Below, in pieces: positions 39,635 to 53,400 of a stretch of DNA of 64,000 nucleotides. The position numbers were made by a program, and so were the translations under genes. Origin of the DNA: Amphiscolops sp. MND2022. Lineage: Eukaryota. The first letter of the stretch is position 1, and each line of letters starts with the position of its first letter. The DNA lies in the NCBI GenBank assembly GCA_964187785.1, contig OZ076409.1, positions 28,336,001 to 28,400,000 of the forward strand, read 5' to 3'. Under the pieces are notes generated by a model, which was not told the origin of the DNA, did no database searches, and saw only the letters and a program-made list of their open reading frames with translations.

Positions 39635-42600
39635 CTATTTTAGCGATAATGTTACTTTCAAATTATCTCTGAAAGTTTTCACAAACAAGAAAATGAATAG
39701 AGGGTTTCCGGAGGAGTTCAAAATTAAAGGAAGAGTTCCAAAGCTTTGTCTCAGTCGGAGCTCCAACACGTTCCACTTCGTTCTCATATCTCGCTCCAGC
39801 TCAAACAGTTGGGCTAGTCGGTTATAAAGCTCCAGACAAATGGCAAACAGAGCGACGAATGATACACAAAGAAGCATGCGCAAAGCATTTCTTTTCTCTT
39901 CTGAGAGGTTTCTGAAAAACAATCTTGATGTATTTTTAGTCGGCGCTTTTCTAGAGAAAAGAGTCGACTATAGTCATGGCTTTTCGTCAGTGTTTTTTAA
40001 AAAAAGTTTTTCGATACACCTGAAGTGACCAAAATAGTTCTACCGAAAGTTCTACAAAATTTTGAATTGCCCCTGTTGGCCCAGGGAACTGAGCCAAAAA
40101 GGTTTCCCGCGTAATATACAATACCGGACGAGACCAAAGGGTCCCTCCTTTCAGTTGTTTCGGCATTGCGAGACTTTTTTTCGGAAAGAAAATTTTTACC
40201 CAAAAAGTCCCCCCTTCATTTTTTCGGCATTGTGAGATTTTTTTCAAAAAAAAAAATCGGGTGCTGTAGAAGAGAATGCTTTGACACTTTGAAGTCCTTT
40301 TGCTATTTTTGAGCTTTAGATATGGCGCCGACTTGGGCCGGTCCCGGCTTGTTTCCTTAGTAACTTGTCATGTCATTTAACTTTACCTAAATTTTGATGA
40401 TTGCGAGTGATCGCCTAAATGAAGATGCTTTCATTTACATACTTAGATACCCATAGGAAACCAACTACACGCGAAACTCGTTTCCCGATTTTTGGTTAAC
40501 GTTTGTCTACAATTCACCGAGTTTGCGGTCAAGTTTGAAATCTTAATATTGGCCTGTCAGCTAGAAAATCATAAAGCAATTTTCAGACTCTACAAGAAAC
40601 TGACAGCTAATTGCAAGTTGAAACATAGAGTTTCTTCGAAGATGGCGTTTTAGCTGTGAATTTAAAACGGAAAGTTGGACATTTTGCGGTGATACTGGGC
40701 AAACACTAACGAGGGGAACACGCTCAAATTCATTTGCCAAAATTGCAACACACCGTTTCTAGTTTAGATGAACAAAGTTTCAAGTTAAATGAAGTCACCA
40801 ATAAGATGTAATCATTCCATTTACCTGTCCCCACTGATCTATGTCAATTTAATGAATAAAATTTCCTTTTTAGAGGAACCTGCAAGTGACAATGGAACTA
40901 AATACGCAACAAAATTTCAATCTAAATTCCATTTTAGATGAACTAATCAACCATTTGCAGTAACTCCTTCTTTCAACGAGACTGAGAACTTGCTGTGTTT
41001 ATCTTAGGCAACTGCTGCTTGATTCTATGCTTTCATTTTCTCAACTAAATTGTAATTTTATTCGATCAAATGACAATTTCGAATGATTCTGTTCTAATCA
41101 TGGATACCGATAATAAGCGGTGCATGTTTTGGCATATTTGGTGGTGGTATGGATTATGGCCGAACGAGATTAAAGACGAATGGTATTGTAGCCGAATAGA
41201 ATTGAATTCTCAATTTCAATTGGTTAAACCACTTGAGAAAGAAGCTTCAATTTCGTAACTATTATGTTACAATTACATGTAGTCCGAAAAACGAAATGAA
41301 CCATCAAAGATTGCATATTATGACATATGCAGACGCATATTTTACATCGCTGGTAGCGGCGAGCATTATGTCATGCTGCATGAGCGAATGAAATTAGGAA
41401 CAAGCAAAGTTGCACACTGAATTACCATTAGCCAGAATTCAAAACAGAGACACAGACGGTTCAGTTTCATTTTCTCATATTTTGTAAACTTGTAAAACAT
41501 GTGAAACTGAACACGATTCACCATGCACCGGTCAAAATCAGGTTTTTATTCACAATCAAACTTAATTTCTCAGAAATATGCCGGGATGCAAGGGGACATT
41601 ACACAAAAATTACCGCTAAGCTTCGTGCAAATACGCAACATAATAAAGAACATTTAAATGAACGCTGTAAATTTAGATATGTCCAGTTTTTGAAGGCCCA
41701 AAATGCTAAAACCCGGATGGCACCTACCCCTTGTGATGTTCGATAGGTCTCTTACCTTAGCAGTATTAAGTACCACGCGGAATTTTTGGATTTGGAATTG
41801 CAATTCTTAGCGAGCGAAAAGTCTGTTCTTGGGTCCAGATTACCGTCTACATTTTCTAATTTATGTGAAATTCTGGACCAATCGGCTCTGGATAGGCTCA
41901 TCAAGTACATTGGTCCCATTGGACTGCATCCTGGTCTACAGTTTTTGCGAGATGTTCAGTATTTCAACCCTGAAACCAGCTTGCAATTTACTGAAAAATG
42001 CAACCTTAGTATTCCCGGGTTTGACTCCGTCCCATTTGGCGAGAAAGTCCTTTCCCGCGATTTGGCGAGAAAATTCCACTTTTCTCCCGTGCCTTATAAT
42101 GTGAACTGAGTTGAACACTTGCAAAGAAAAATCCGTCAAATTGGAGATTTCAGGCAAGGCAATGCGGGAACGTTGCCGAAGCTTTATAGCCTGGCCCGAA
42201 TTTATGGATTTGCAATTAATACTTCTGCAACGGTAGAACGAAGTTTCAGTCTGTACGGCAAAATTTTGCTTACCGAACGACGACGTCCAACTGAAGAGAC
42301 ACTTAGTCAGCTTATGTTTCACTAATTTAATCTGAATTGACAAAAAATGGTATTTTCGATTTATCCAATTACCATTTTTCAAACAAATGTTGTTTTTCAT
42401 TCCGCATAGATCCGTGTTGCATGTTTCGCCAGAAAGCTTGCATATTGTCGTGCATATTTTTTGCATGTTCGATCACAGTTTTCCGCATTGTTTAGGTATC
42501 TCTGGTTCTAATTGGCTGCTGAGTTTGGTTAGCTTTCTTGTTTATTCAAATAAAATTGGCTTTCGTTCATCTATATAGGAATTGTGATAGCATTGATTTA

Positions 42601-45600
42601 TTTTAATTGTCATTGGTGGAACTAAGAAGCACGACGTTTGATTAAGTTTAAATTTTGTTTTTCTAAATTAGAAACGGCGTATTTGTGGATAAAGTACCAA
42701 ACATCTATCCACTTTTGTATTATTCATTCAAGGTGGATCTATCAATACGTAATCACATCTTCAATTGATGTTGTTCAAATATCGGAAACAATTCCACTAA
42801 AATGCTCGAAATGCTCTAAAAATGCGTGACAAATACCTCAAAATGCATAAAAAGTTGCGTGAAAATCTCAGAAAAAACACGCCGCTGAAGAGGGAAAATT
42901 AAATATTCCGATGATTTATTCAATCAAATGTTTCTCCCATTTGATAACCAAATGATGTTTGAAGTTTTCAACTGCACGATTTCTTCTTTTGAGGCTGAGG
43001 GGATCATCCATAGATGTAACACGGTTTTCAGAAATAACGATAGTGTTTCAATTGAAATGCGGGAAAGTTGTTCGAAAAATCAAAACGTTGCGTGAAACGA
43101 TAATTGGCCAAAATTGCGTAAAAAGTTGCGTTATATCTTTACGCAACTTTTTCTTGTCCTTGATGTTGTTACAAATTTTCAGAAAAAGTCGACATCTTCA
43201 CAAATTCTTTCAATCTCAGTTTCTGTTTATGGCAGGTACTTCTTTGAACTTGTTTTGAACTTTTTGGATTACGCAATGCGAATCAGTTAGACTTTTCAAT
43301 AAGTGAAAGAGTCGATATTATAGAAAATCTGAAATGCAGGATACCCTTTTTGGAAAAAGTACTGACAAAATTGAGCCATCTTGATATGCCAATTCAGTTT
43401 TAATAATTCAGATATGCCAATTCAGCATTAAGAATTTTGTTGGGATAACCACCATCTTTGTATATATATCAGCTTTAGATATCAACAGGTTGAACATGGT
43501 GTAAATTGGGGGTTTTGTTGAAAGTCGCAGCGTAGATACTCCTGAAGAATTGTGGCATCTCGAAAAGCCAAGGGTTCAGGCTTCTCGGGCAGATTTTGCA
43601 GAAAAAAAATCGTTTTCAGGAGCACTAATATTCATTTCAGACCGTAATTTCAAAGTGAAACCAGCTTCAACCAGTTTCTTGGAACTATAGTACAACTATT
43701 CGAATTCACTGGAATAAAACCTGGAACCCATAAAACATCTCGGTCTTATTCTAAGCCGTTTTCAAGATTTTGAGTGGTTTTAAACCATATTTCTTAAATT
43801 TTTACATTTTATTTCGGTAATATTAGATCTTTTCATTTAGTTCCAATAATTTTGAATGTTATTCCAATGATTTTGAGATCTTATCCTAGTGGGCTCAAAA
43901 CCGTGGTACAAGGTACTTCAGGATATCATTCAAGCATCTTCGAATCTTATTCCAGTGATTTAAGATGTTGTTCCAGTGTTTTTAAAAATTATGTTTCTGT
44001 GGTTTTAGATCATAGGGCATCAGTTTTTGGATTCCATGTATTCCAGTGAATTTAGACTTCAGTTTGTCTGAAGATTGAGTGATTTTCAAGTTTCGATGTT
44101 TTGATATTGTTTTAGATCTTTGAGAATCTTCTGTGTGTATTTGAACCTTTCTGTGTTTTCAGGTACTGCGAGATTTTTAAAGCTTACTGAATTGTTAATC
44201 GTGATCATGTTTGAATTTTTTCAGCTTTAAGCGGGACACCGACTTGCGTCTTTCTTCGCCTGTTCAATTTTTGTGTAAGAAGTACTTGATGAATTTTAAT
44301 TACTTTAAAAAGATCTTTACTCACCTTTTAGTGCGAGAGTTGACCACTAGTCGAAAAATCATTAGGCAGTTTAAAACAATCATTACTAGTCCAGGAATGA
44401 ACGTCATGAATATTCTTCGTACCAAAATGATTAGTAGCAGACCCCGAGAAGTGAGCCAGTTGGCTGGGCCGAAACAATTTGGATTTTGGCCCATTTCGTG
44501 GAGAAGAATGAAGGGAGACGCCGTGATGACAGCAAGCGCTACACCTCCGCTTGACACCTTGTTGGCATTGGAAATGGTCGCGTGTACTTTGTACTTGAAA
44601 GGAAAGTAGGTGGCATAAAATCTGTCAATTGACAAGATGACAACCAGGTTCAAAGATGCTGACGTTAAAACGTAGAACACTGACAGTTGGATTTTGCAGA
44701 CCACATTTGAAATGTTTTGGTGCTGCAGCCATGCAAACGTTCCAGAAGACAGCTCGAAGGAGTTCCCCAGCAACGCTGACATATCGACAATTGACAGCCA
44801 ACAGATCACTACATACCCTGAAAGGTTGAAGTCCGTCCACTGAGAAACTTCAAACAAAATGTTGACACTAATTCTCACAAAAAAATCACAAAAATACAAA
44901 ACATGCCCAAAAATACAATCCTCTCATCAATTAATTTTTATGAGCAACCTTTTTTCAGTCAATTCAGTAATACTTGTTTTGGTTCGAACTACAGCTCTCT
45001 TTCTAGTAACAGATGAATGCAGTACATTGCGCAACTCAACACTGCAGCTTTCCCAATTCCAGTGTTGGAAGATTGGGTTAACGTTTGCAAGATTTTGAAG
45101 ACATCCTTGTGGATTCAATTTATCAATTCTTCGGGATTCTCCTGAAGAAACAAATTTCTCTCAGTTGGCATTTTCCCACAATTTTCCATAGTTTAATTCT
45201 ATATTGACGTACGGCGACAACTCATATCAAGCGACAACTCAAATCAAGCGATAACTCATATCAATCAAAACTCATATTAGAAAATTGAAATCAACGTAGT
45301 TGAAATTGATTTCAAATATTTCATTAGATCATAAAGGGAAATTATTAGTTAGTTAATTGATAAGTAGCTATAAGAAATTATGAAATAGTTACAAGATTTT
45401 ATCGTGAACATCAATGTAATGGGTAATCACTTTCTTATCACACCTTCATCCATAAGGGTTCCAGAGAAAATTGTCAGCAGAGTGCATGAAATGCGAAAAA
45501 TTTCCGAAAAAACTTTGGAAGTTCTAATTGCAGCTAATTATGGAATGCTGTTGAAGTATAATTTGGGTATTTCTTACATATTGGCATACCTGATATGACA

Positions 45601-47595
45601 TATGTCATATCAAGTTTGAAAAACTCTCAGGTTTCTATATATCAGGTTTCTTAATATCAGGTTTCTATTACCATTGAAAAATTCTCCAAGAAACGGTATA
45701 TCCAATATGCATTATATCCGGTATTCGTTATATCCGGTTTATTTCAAATCCGGTATGGGTTGCTAGCTGTCGAACCCAATGTAAGTTACTCCTTTAAAGC
45801 TCAAAAGAGACTTTGCCAAAATTGCAGAATTTTTGGTATAACTACTTCGAACAGTTCAGGTGTATCGAAGAAAAACTGACAAAAAGTCATGACTATAGTC
45901 GATTTTTTTCTAAAGAAAAGCGCCGATTAGAAAGCGACAGCCGAGCTTTCTCAATTAATATGAGTTATCGCTCGCTTGAGTTGTCGCATTTTCAAATTGA
46001 TATGACTTGTCGCCTAATATGAGCTGTCGCTTTCTAATCGAAGAATAATCGAATCGTTAGAAAAAAGCGACTATAGTCATGACTTTCTGTCAGTTTTTCT
46101 TCGATACACCTGAACTGTTCGAAGTAGTTATACCAAAAGTTCTGCAATTTTGGCAAAGTCTCTTTTGAGCTTTAAAGGAGTAACTTACATTGGGTTCGAC
46201 AGCTAGCAACCCATACCGGATTTGAAGGAAACCGGATATAACGAATACCGGATATAATGCATATTGGATATACCGTTTCTTGGAGAATTTTTCAATGTAA
46301 ATAAAAAGGTCGTTCCGAATTTTAGGACATTGAGAATTGATACAAAATGATTTCAAGAAAAGGGTCCCCTTTTTTTGGTAGCGAGACCTTATTTTTTCAA
46401 CTTAACCAATCGTTTCCAGAAAAAAATGATGTGAAAAAATTTCAAGTTTCAAGTTATGGAAAATGCGGTTTTCGAGTCTTTTGGGTATGCCTTCGGGTAT
46501 TTTCGGTACTGTAAGTTTGAAACAATTTTTTTTAAAGCTCCATTTTTGGCACATCTTCAGATGAAAAATTGTCGAAAAATATGAGTTTTGTTGTTTGCAG
46601 TGTGCGAGAAGTTGTTTTCGAGCTCCTTCGGGTATTTTTCGGGACTTGGAAAATGATTGGCAGCATTTGTATTTATAAATATATCCAAACTGAAATGAGC
46701 GCAATATTGTCAAAAACTTTGCGCTATTTGAGCAGGTGTTGAGGGTTTTCCTTGGCATAGTTTGATGGCTTTCTTGCCTTAAAATTATGTTGATGTCAAG
46801 AAAATTCGTTGTTAAAAATACTCCGTACTCAGCGGGCGTTTTGGTGCTATTTTGACTGATAAACGAAAAACTCGTCAAAAGCAAGTAATCCAAATTAACG
46901 GGCGGAAACCCGTCGAAAATTGACTCCCTGAATTTTAATTAATTACAAACTCGTCGAATAATTGCCAATTAATCACTAGCTGTCAGTAACCCACCAGAAA
47001 AGCATTTCTCATGAACTTTTCATGGCAAAGTGATACTTATGGAATAATTTTCCCTAATTGAAGCGTGCTTTATTTACGCACGATATATTTTTTGTATGTA
47101 CGCACAATATGTGTATAATTGCATGAAATGACTTACTTTTACAATTTCAAGTCTAATATTAGTGTTTATAATGCAGTTTCATCACGAAGTTGGCACTATA
47201 CTTAACGGAGAAATTTACTATAGTTTGCGAGGAGTTTTCCGATGTAGTATTTCTGGCGAGTTGCTTTTCGACGAGTTTTCTGCCTTGTATTTTCGAGCAG
47301 TTGTTTTTGGCGAGTTGTTTCCGACGAGTTTTCTTAGATTCATTTTTGACAAATTGGTAATTGGAACTGTTAACAAGAATATTGGTGAAAAGTAACCTGC
47401 TTTCTTTTTCTTCTTTACAACTGTGAAAGAAACTATAAACTGAAGTATATTGCCAATTATTCCAAGCATTTCCAGCACCAACATGAAAGGGGTCGCGTAG
47501 GGCAATAAACGATGAACTATTGGGAAGTTTTCCCGCAAAATATCGTCGATTTCAGTGAAACTTGCAGTTGAATTTCCTATGGCATCCATATTCAT
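39635..47595 (-). CDS. Rhodopsin-like (class A) GPCR, paralog 2; exons 47595-47397, 44817-44325, 39911-39635; 322 aa
   Basis: GT-AG introns in phases 1 and 2 give 969 nt in frame. TM1 GN, TM2 LSIVD, TM3 Cys and DRF, ECL2 Cys, TM7 NSSGNP, helix-8 FRDNL. Collinear with paralog 1. Confidence 0.88.
39932..40353. mobile_element. HINE-like element copy in GPCR2 intron 2
   Basis: SubTIR AGTCGGCGC (39938) / GCGCCGACT (40325), stem-loop agtcg...cgact, terminus cccggcttgtt. Confidence 0.7.
41445..42504 (+). mobile_element. Deleted hAT element with a C-terminal transposase remnant
   Basis: 41786-42325 encodes LPKLYSLAR...TSATVERSFSLYGKILLTERR...EETLSQL, a hAT dimerisation-domain motif. Candidate short TIR CAGAGA(C/T)AC; TSD degenerate, so the ends are uncertain. 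Confidence 0.65.
43820..44170. repeat. Degenerate minisatellite-like TTAGATCTT.TTCCAGTG array
   Basis: Repeated short motif; the same family occurs at about 48780-49330. Confidence 0.5.
45672..46297. repeat. Near-perfect inverted repeat with arms of about 241 bp (45672-45913, 46057-46297)
   Basis: Arms are reverse complements with few mismatches. The inner ends carry the HINE-like gtcatgactatagtcg motif also present at 39965-39980. Confidence 0.9.
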
Positions 47596-48547
47596 TCACA
47601 ATCAGGGTTCTGATGCACAATCTGAGGCCTATTTCGGAACAAGCTGTTGAAAGTAGCGGTGCGGTTAAAATATTTTGAATAACGACTAGTAATAACGACA
47701 ATTTCCTAGAAAACTGTTTGGAGGAAGACAAAATGCAAAACAAATGAAAGTTTTTATATCAAAAAGAGATAGCAAAATTCCAACTTTCAGGGAAGAAATG
47801 ATCAGATACAGTTGTATTCGAAGCGTCAATTTGTTTTCACATCATTTGTGGTAGAATTCTGTGACAGGGCATGTCTCGTCGGAAACTCAATCCCTTGTGA
47901 CTTCTGAGGTAAACCGGAAGCGATGCTGAGCTGTTAGACACGATGCTGCAAGCACTTATTAAAGAATGATTTAAGTCCTAATTGGAGTCCATTTTGAGCT
48001 AAGCTCCAATCAAACCTTGATAAAGACAATAAATGAGAATTTGTTTTTGTTAAAACTGTTAATTGGCTTGAAAATTTTCAATACCTTGCAGTCATATGAT
48101 AATTCAAATTGTTTGTTCATCCACATCTAAAGTCAAAACCCAGCGGTGAATCAACTGAGACTATTTGAACTGCTTTGTAATCTTTCATTCGGGTTGATAA
48201 CATCGAAATGCACTTCGAGCTGTTTTCATTGATCTTTTTGAAGCCAAAGGTGTCTAGAGTATAATCAAATCAAATGATCATGTTTCATCAGTTAGCTTTT
48301 GATTACCATTTGATTTTGATGGAATTTTCGATGGAATTAATGGAACGTCTGAAAGTGGAATTATTCAGTTCGCAACTTCAAACTTCCGAATCCGCACATC
48401 AGTTTCATATGCACCCTCCTAGTTACATAAAGTTTTGAAAATTTCAAAGAAAAGTATCGAACCTATAGCGTAAGAGCAATCAGAAGTTCCAGTAGGTTTC
48501 AACTTCAAAAACCTGCTACCCTGACGTGAGACTCTTAGACATTGGTA

Positions 48548-49676
48548 CCCGGGTTGACCCTCTTACTAGCATCTTGGATGCCGTGGTAAGATCTTGCCAA
48601 ATTCTTACTTCATCTTGGCAACCATGGATCCCATGACAACATTCTTACTAAGATCTTACCAAGATGTATCATTATCGCAAAGATAGTTACATTCGAAAAA
48701 CAATTCTACTGCCGGGTCTTTACGCTCTTTTTCAGTGTAGACCTTGATTTCGGGAGGGGGGAATATGGTGTAAATAATTTGATCTAAAGAAATAAGATCT
48801 TAAAAAATTGACATGCTTTCAAAGGGAATAAGCTCTAAAATTTTTGAATCTGATTCTTAAAGGGGAATAAGATCTAAAGGGAATAAGATCTAAAATCACA
48901 AAATTTTCCGTCGTTCTGGGGTTTAAATTTTCCCGGGGTTTTTAGTGCTTATTCCAGTGGCTTTAGATCTTGTTCCGTGAAATGAAATCCTACGTACAAG
49001 GTTTTTTCAGGGGGTTTCATTATGAAATTGAGAAATTATCGTCGTTCTGGGGAGTTTTAGACCTTGTTCCAGTGGTTTTAGATCTTACTACGGTGAAATG
49101 AGAACCGGCGTACATCGTTTTTTGGGTTTTTTCCAGGGGGTTTCAGGATGAAATTGGCGAACTATTGTCGTTTTGGTGAACTTTATATCTTATTTCAGAG
49201 AATTTAGTCCTTATTCTAGTGTTTTCAGTTCTTTATAAGTAGTTTTAGAAGTTACTCCAGTGCTTTTGGATCTCATTTCGGTAATTTTTAGGTAATTTCA
49301 GTGACTTTGAGATGTTATTCTGATGGATTTAGATACTGTCATTGAGTCATTGATACGTGCCCTTTTAATGCTGCCAGTTATTGTCGCTTTTGCATATTTT
49401 GTGAAAAAGCATTGTAAGCTTGTGAAATGTTGTTTGAGCAGCAAAATACCATGTTAGTCATTGATGGAGATATTTCAGATAGCTTGTAGCGGAAACTGTC
49501 CTCCACTATTTATAGAATGATTTTTGTTGCCATATTGATCTCCTTAGTAAGGTTTTTCTTGGAAACATGACTGTCTTGATAAGATCTTACCATGACATCT
49601 TGGCTAAGAATTTTCCAAGATCTTGGCAAGATCTTGCCAAGATCTTACTAAGATATCCATGAAGGGTCGACCCGGG
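48548..49676. mobile_element. Non-autonomous DNA transposon with CCCGGG termini (CACTA/EnSpm-like, superfamily tentative)
   Basis: TIR CCCGGGTTGACCCT / AGGGTCGACCCGGG; TA on both sides; many subterminal AAGATCTT(G/A)C repeats; nested repeat at about 48750-49330. Confidence 0.8.
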
Positions 49677-49789
49677 TAGTGACGAGATCATGATTTAGTG
49701 CTCAATTTTTGGGCTATTGTTACTCAACAGGCAGGGAAACACTTGGTGTTGCACGGTAGAAACCGCTGAAACTTCATTGTGAAAACTAC

Positions 49790-50438
49790 ATGAAAACATC
49801 CAGTGCATATGCAGAATGAGCTGGCAATGGCGGGAAAACATGATGCCACTATGGAAGAAATCAGGAAATTCGTGCAACGCAGATGTCAGTATGCACAACT
49901 CCTCCCGAAAACAACTAATGCACAACCGTTCAACCAAATGAGTGCACCCCATCCGAATGCAGCCACACCTCAGGCATCAACGGCCTAATCCCAGCAAAAC
50001 AGGGAGACGAAAAGAAAGTTCGACGGGCAATGCCGTCACTGCGGCATACATAGACATAAATGGGTGGAATGCAGGAAACGGCTGCGAGAAGAAGCACAAT
50101 CTAAACCCGCCAGCCAGAAGCAAAAACAACCACCCCAAGCCACCCAGAACCCAGACAATAGACCCAAATATAACTCAAAGCTCGTGTATCAAATTTGCGG
50201 AAAGGTGGGACACTCTGCCCGAAACTGTTACCACAGGAACACGACCACGTCAGTTTACAAAAGTGTTCCGTATACTAAATAGTCAACGGAAGAAAACAAA
50301 CAATTCAGAAGGGACTTTAGACAAAACAACTACAGAGTCTACACAACCAGTGAGCTGTCCCACACTGCTGACAACGAAATTAACGACAATGAAAAAATGG
50401 AACAACACGATGACGCGGAGGACCCAAAAAACTTCTAA
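49790..50438 (+). pseudogene. gag: Ty3/Gypsy gag, 3' part (5' truncated), with two zinc knuckles
   Basis: CRHCGIHRHKWVEC and (Y)QICGKVGHSARNC CCHC motifs; in-frame stops; ends DPKNF* at 50436-50438. Confidence 0.85.
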
Positions 50439-53400
50439 AGCCACGTCATCCAAATCCACCAAACAAAAGTGCGCACCAAAATCAACGACTACCGACTACT
50501 ACTCAAAAACGAATAACAACTCAAATTTACACTGGTTGGCAGTCCCATCCTTCAACCTATACTAAAGAGACTACAAACTTTGTCATCACAAGACATTCCA
50601 CTGACAACTATACAATCAAACCAAAAGAAATGAAACGAAGACCCGAAGCCAGCAACGTAGAACCAGTGCGTTAAGACGACACACTACCCAACCAAACTAC
50701 CAAACGATGACAAACAACCCACATCTCCTAAACCTCACAACCCGCCGAAGAAACCAAAATACGGAATCCGACAATTGAGCGCCACATTGCAACACAACAG
50801 AAAGGACAAGATAATATATGTGCCTCTTCAAATTCGTGAGTACGAAAATTTTGGTCTTCTTGACACTGGCGCAATCCAGAGTGCACTGTCGGAAGCAGAA
50901 CTCCGGCGAATTCTCTCAGCACATCCAGCCGCCCTTCTCCAAGAACTCCCTGCCCCAGAGTTCAAGGTCCAGATCGCCAATGGCAGCATCGTACCCGTCA
51001 GAAAGCAGGTGTTACTACGATTCTTCATCGGCGGCAAAGTCTTCGAATAAACATTCATGGGTCTCCTCACTCTGGGAACTGTTTTCATCGGAATGTCATT
51101 CTTCAAGAAGTATTCAGTAACCCTGGACTTAACCAACAACATAGTAAACTCTCCAGACATCACCCGCCAACTACGCTCAGTCAACGGAAAATTCAAAAAT
51201 AAACTAGTTGAACTGAAAACGACTCAGAAGATGGTGATCCAACCCAACCAACAAGTGTTCGTCCCAGTGGTAATTGAACGCGACCTTGGAGACATCACTG
51301 GCACCGTCGAAGGTATACCCACCTTCGAGAGACGTACGCACCTACTGGTATCTCCGGCTCTCAGCGAGACCCGGGAAGATCGAGCCCATGTGCAGATCAC
51401 CAAACCACTGGATTACCAGATTATTATCAATGTGGGAACAGCAGTGGCGTTTTTCAAGGTATTGACTCCAAAACAAGCAAACAATCTACAACCGATTACA
51501 AATCACCAACTCAACCTGATCACGCATTACCCAGACGAGGCCACAGCAGTTTTGAACCACTTCTTCCAGGACCCAAATGAAAAAACAGACAAAAGATGGT
51601 ACCCCACCCCTGAGACATGCGACGACCCGTCAAAGCTCAACATGATTGAAAGACGCATCTACGACAAGATCGTCAAACTCAGGGCGGAAAAAAATTTGGA
51701 CCCAACATCAAGTGAAGAACAACGACAAGAATTCTTGGCGAACTTCCAGTGGAAGCAATCAATACTGAACCTTCATGAGAAGCAAGAGATTGAAGCACTA
51801 TCGGTCAAGTACCACGACATCTTCGCAAGACACAGACTGGACATCGGGATCAACACCGAATTCAAATTAAAACTGACTCCCAAACACGACGAACCAGTTT
51901 ATGCCCAAAACTTTCCCACACCAACAAATTTGAAGGACGATTTATTGGTAGAATTGGCGCTGATGCAAGAGTACGGTATAATCACCACATTACCATATAG
52001 CAAATACTCTTCGCCTATCTTCGCCAAACGCAAGCCAAACGGAAAACTTCGAATCCTTGTCGATCTCAGAAGAATTCATCATTTACTGAAGAATGATCAC
52101 AACCAACACAACCACCCTGTGACAACGATGGCCCATGCGGCACAACACATCGCTGGCAAGCGTTACTTTTGCAAGTTGGACTGTTCACAGGCGTACCATT
52201 GCCTTCAGATAGCAGATGAACAGTCAGTCCAGTTACTTGCGTTCAACTTTGGAAGTAGAACCTTCGCCTTCCTCAGATTAGCCCAAGGATTGAATCGGTC
52301 TCTGTCAGCCTTCAACAGTACAGTTCGCGAGCACTTGGACCCCTTGGTCAAGGCGGACAAATGCGCCCAATACTTTGACGGTATCGGCATTGCCGCCAAC
52401 ACTGTCGAAGAGCTACTCAACAACATTGAAGCAGTATTTACCAAAATCAGACAGGCCGGTCTGAAGCTGTCATTGGCGAAGTGTGCGTTCGGTCACCCCG
52501 AGATCGAATTCCTTGGAAGAAGCCTCACTACCATAGGCATCGCGCCCATCGAAGAGAAAATCGACAATTTTCTGAAGAACATCAAACTGTCGACGTCCGT
52601 GAAGTCACTACAACAGTATATTGGATTCGTACAGTTTTACCGCCAGTACATCCCGAGATTAGCTGAGAAACTGGTTCCTCTATAAAAGTTGTTACAGAAA
52701 GACGCCAAGTACGAACTCACCCAGATCCACAAGGATGCAATATTAGATATCAACGAGATCTTAGCAAATGCTGTCAAGATGTCACTGAGATTACCCCTTC
52801 CAGACAAACAGCTAGTGATAATGTGCGACGCTAGCGAACACGCAGCCGGCTACGTTCTTCTGATAGAAGATTACACCGTACCAATGATGGACCAAGGAAG
52901 TCATATGCACCAGTAGCCTTTGGATCTCAAAGGTTCACCGAGGGCCAAATGTCACTCACGATGTACGCGAAGGAGTTCCTGGCCATGCACTTCGCATTTG
53001 ACGAGTTCGCCCATATTTTGTGGGGAGTGAAGAAACCAACAATTGTCATGACTGATAACAAGGCACTCACCAGATTCTTCCAGTTCAAACGCATACCACC
53101 AAAACTGTGGAATTACTGTGACCAGGCCCTCCAATTCGATTTTGTCCTGGCCCATGTACCTGGTGTCGAAAACCTAGCAGCCGACTACCTGTCCAGAATC
53201 GACATCCACCCGAAGGACAGAATTCACCTCAAACTACATGATGAAATACCAGTCTTCACAGTCGAAATGGATCTGGCTTCGAGAACGCCCAAACAGGATG
53301 ATGAGGAAGAAGAATACATACCAGACAAGACGGATGTGCCCGACACAACAACATCACCAAACCCAACAATGCAGTCACTCGTGGCGATGTTCCCTCAATG

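Noticed and set aside
49942..50565. 207-aa T/K/N-rich ORF, and the antisense ORFs within pol
   Set aside because: Alternative-frame shadows of gag/pol.
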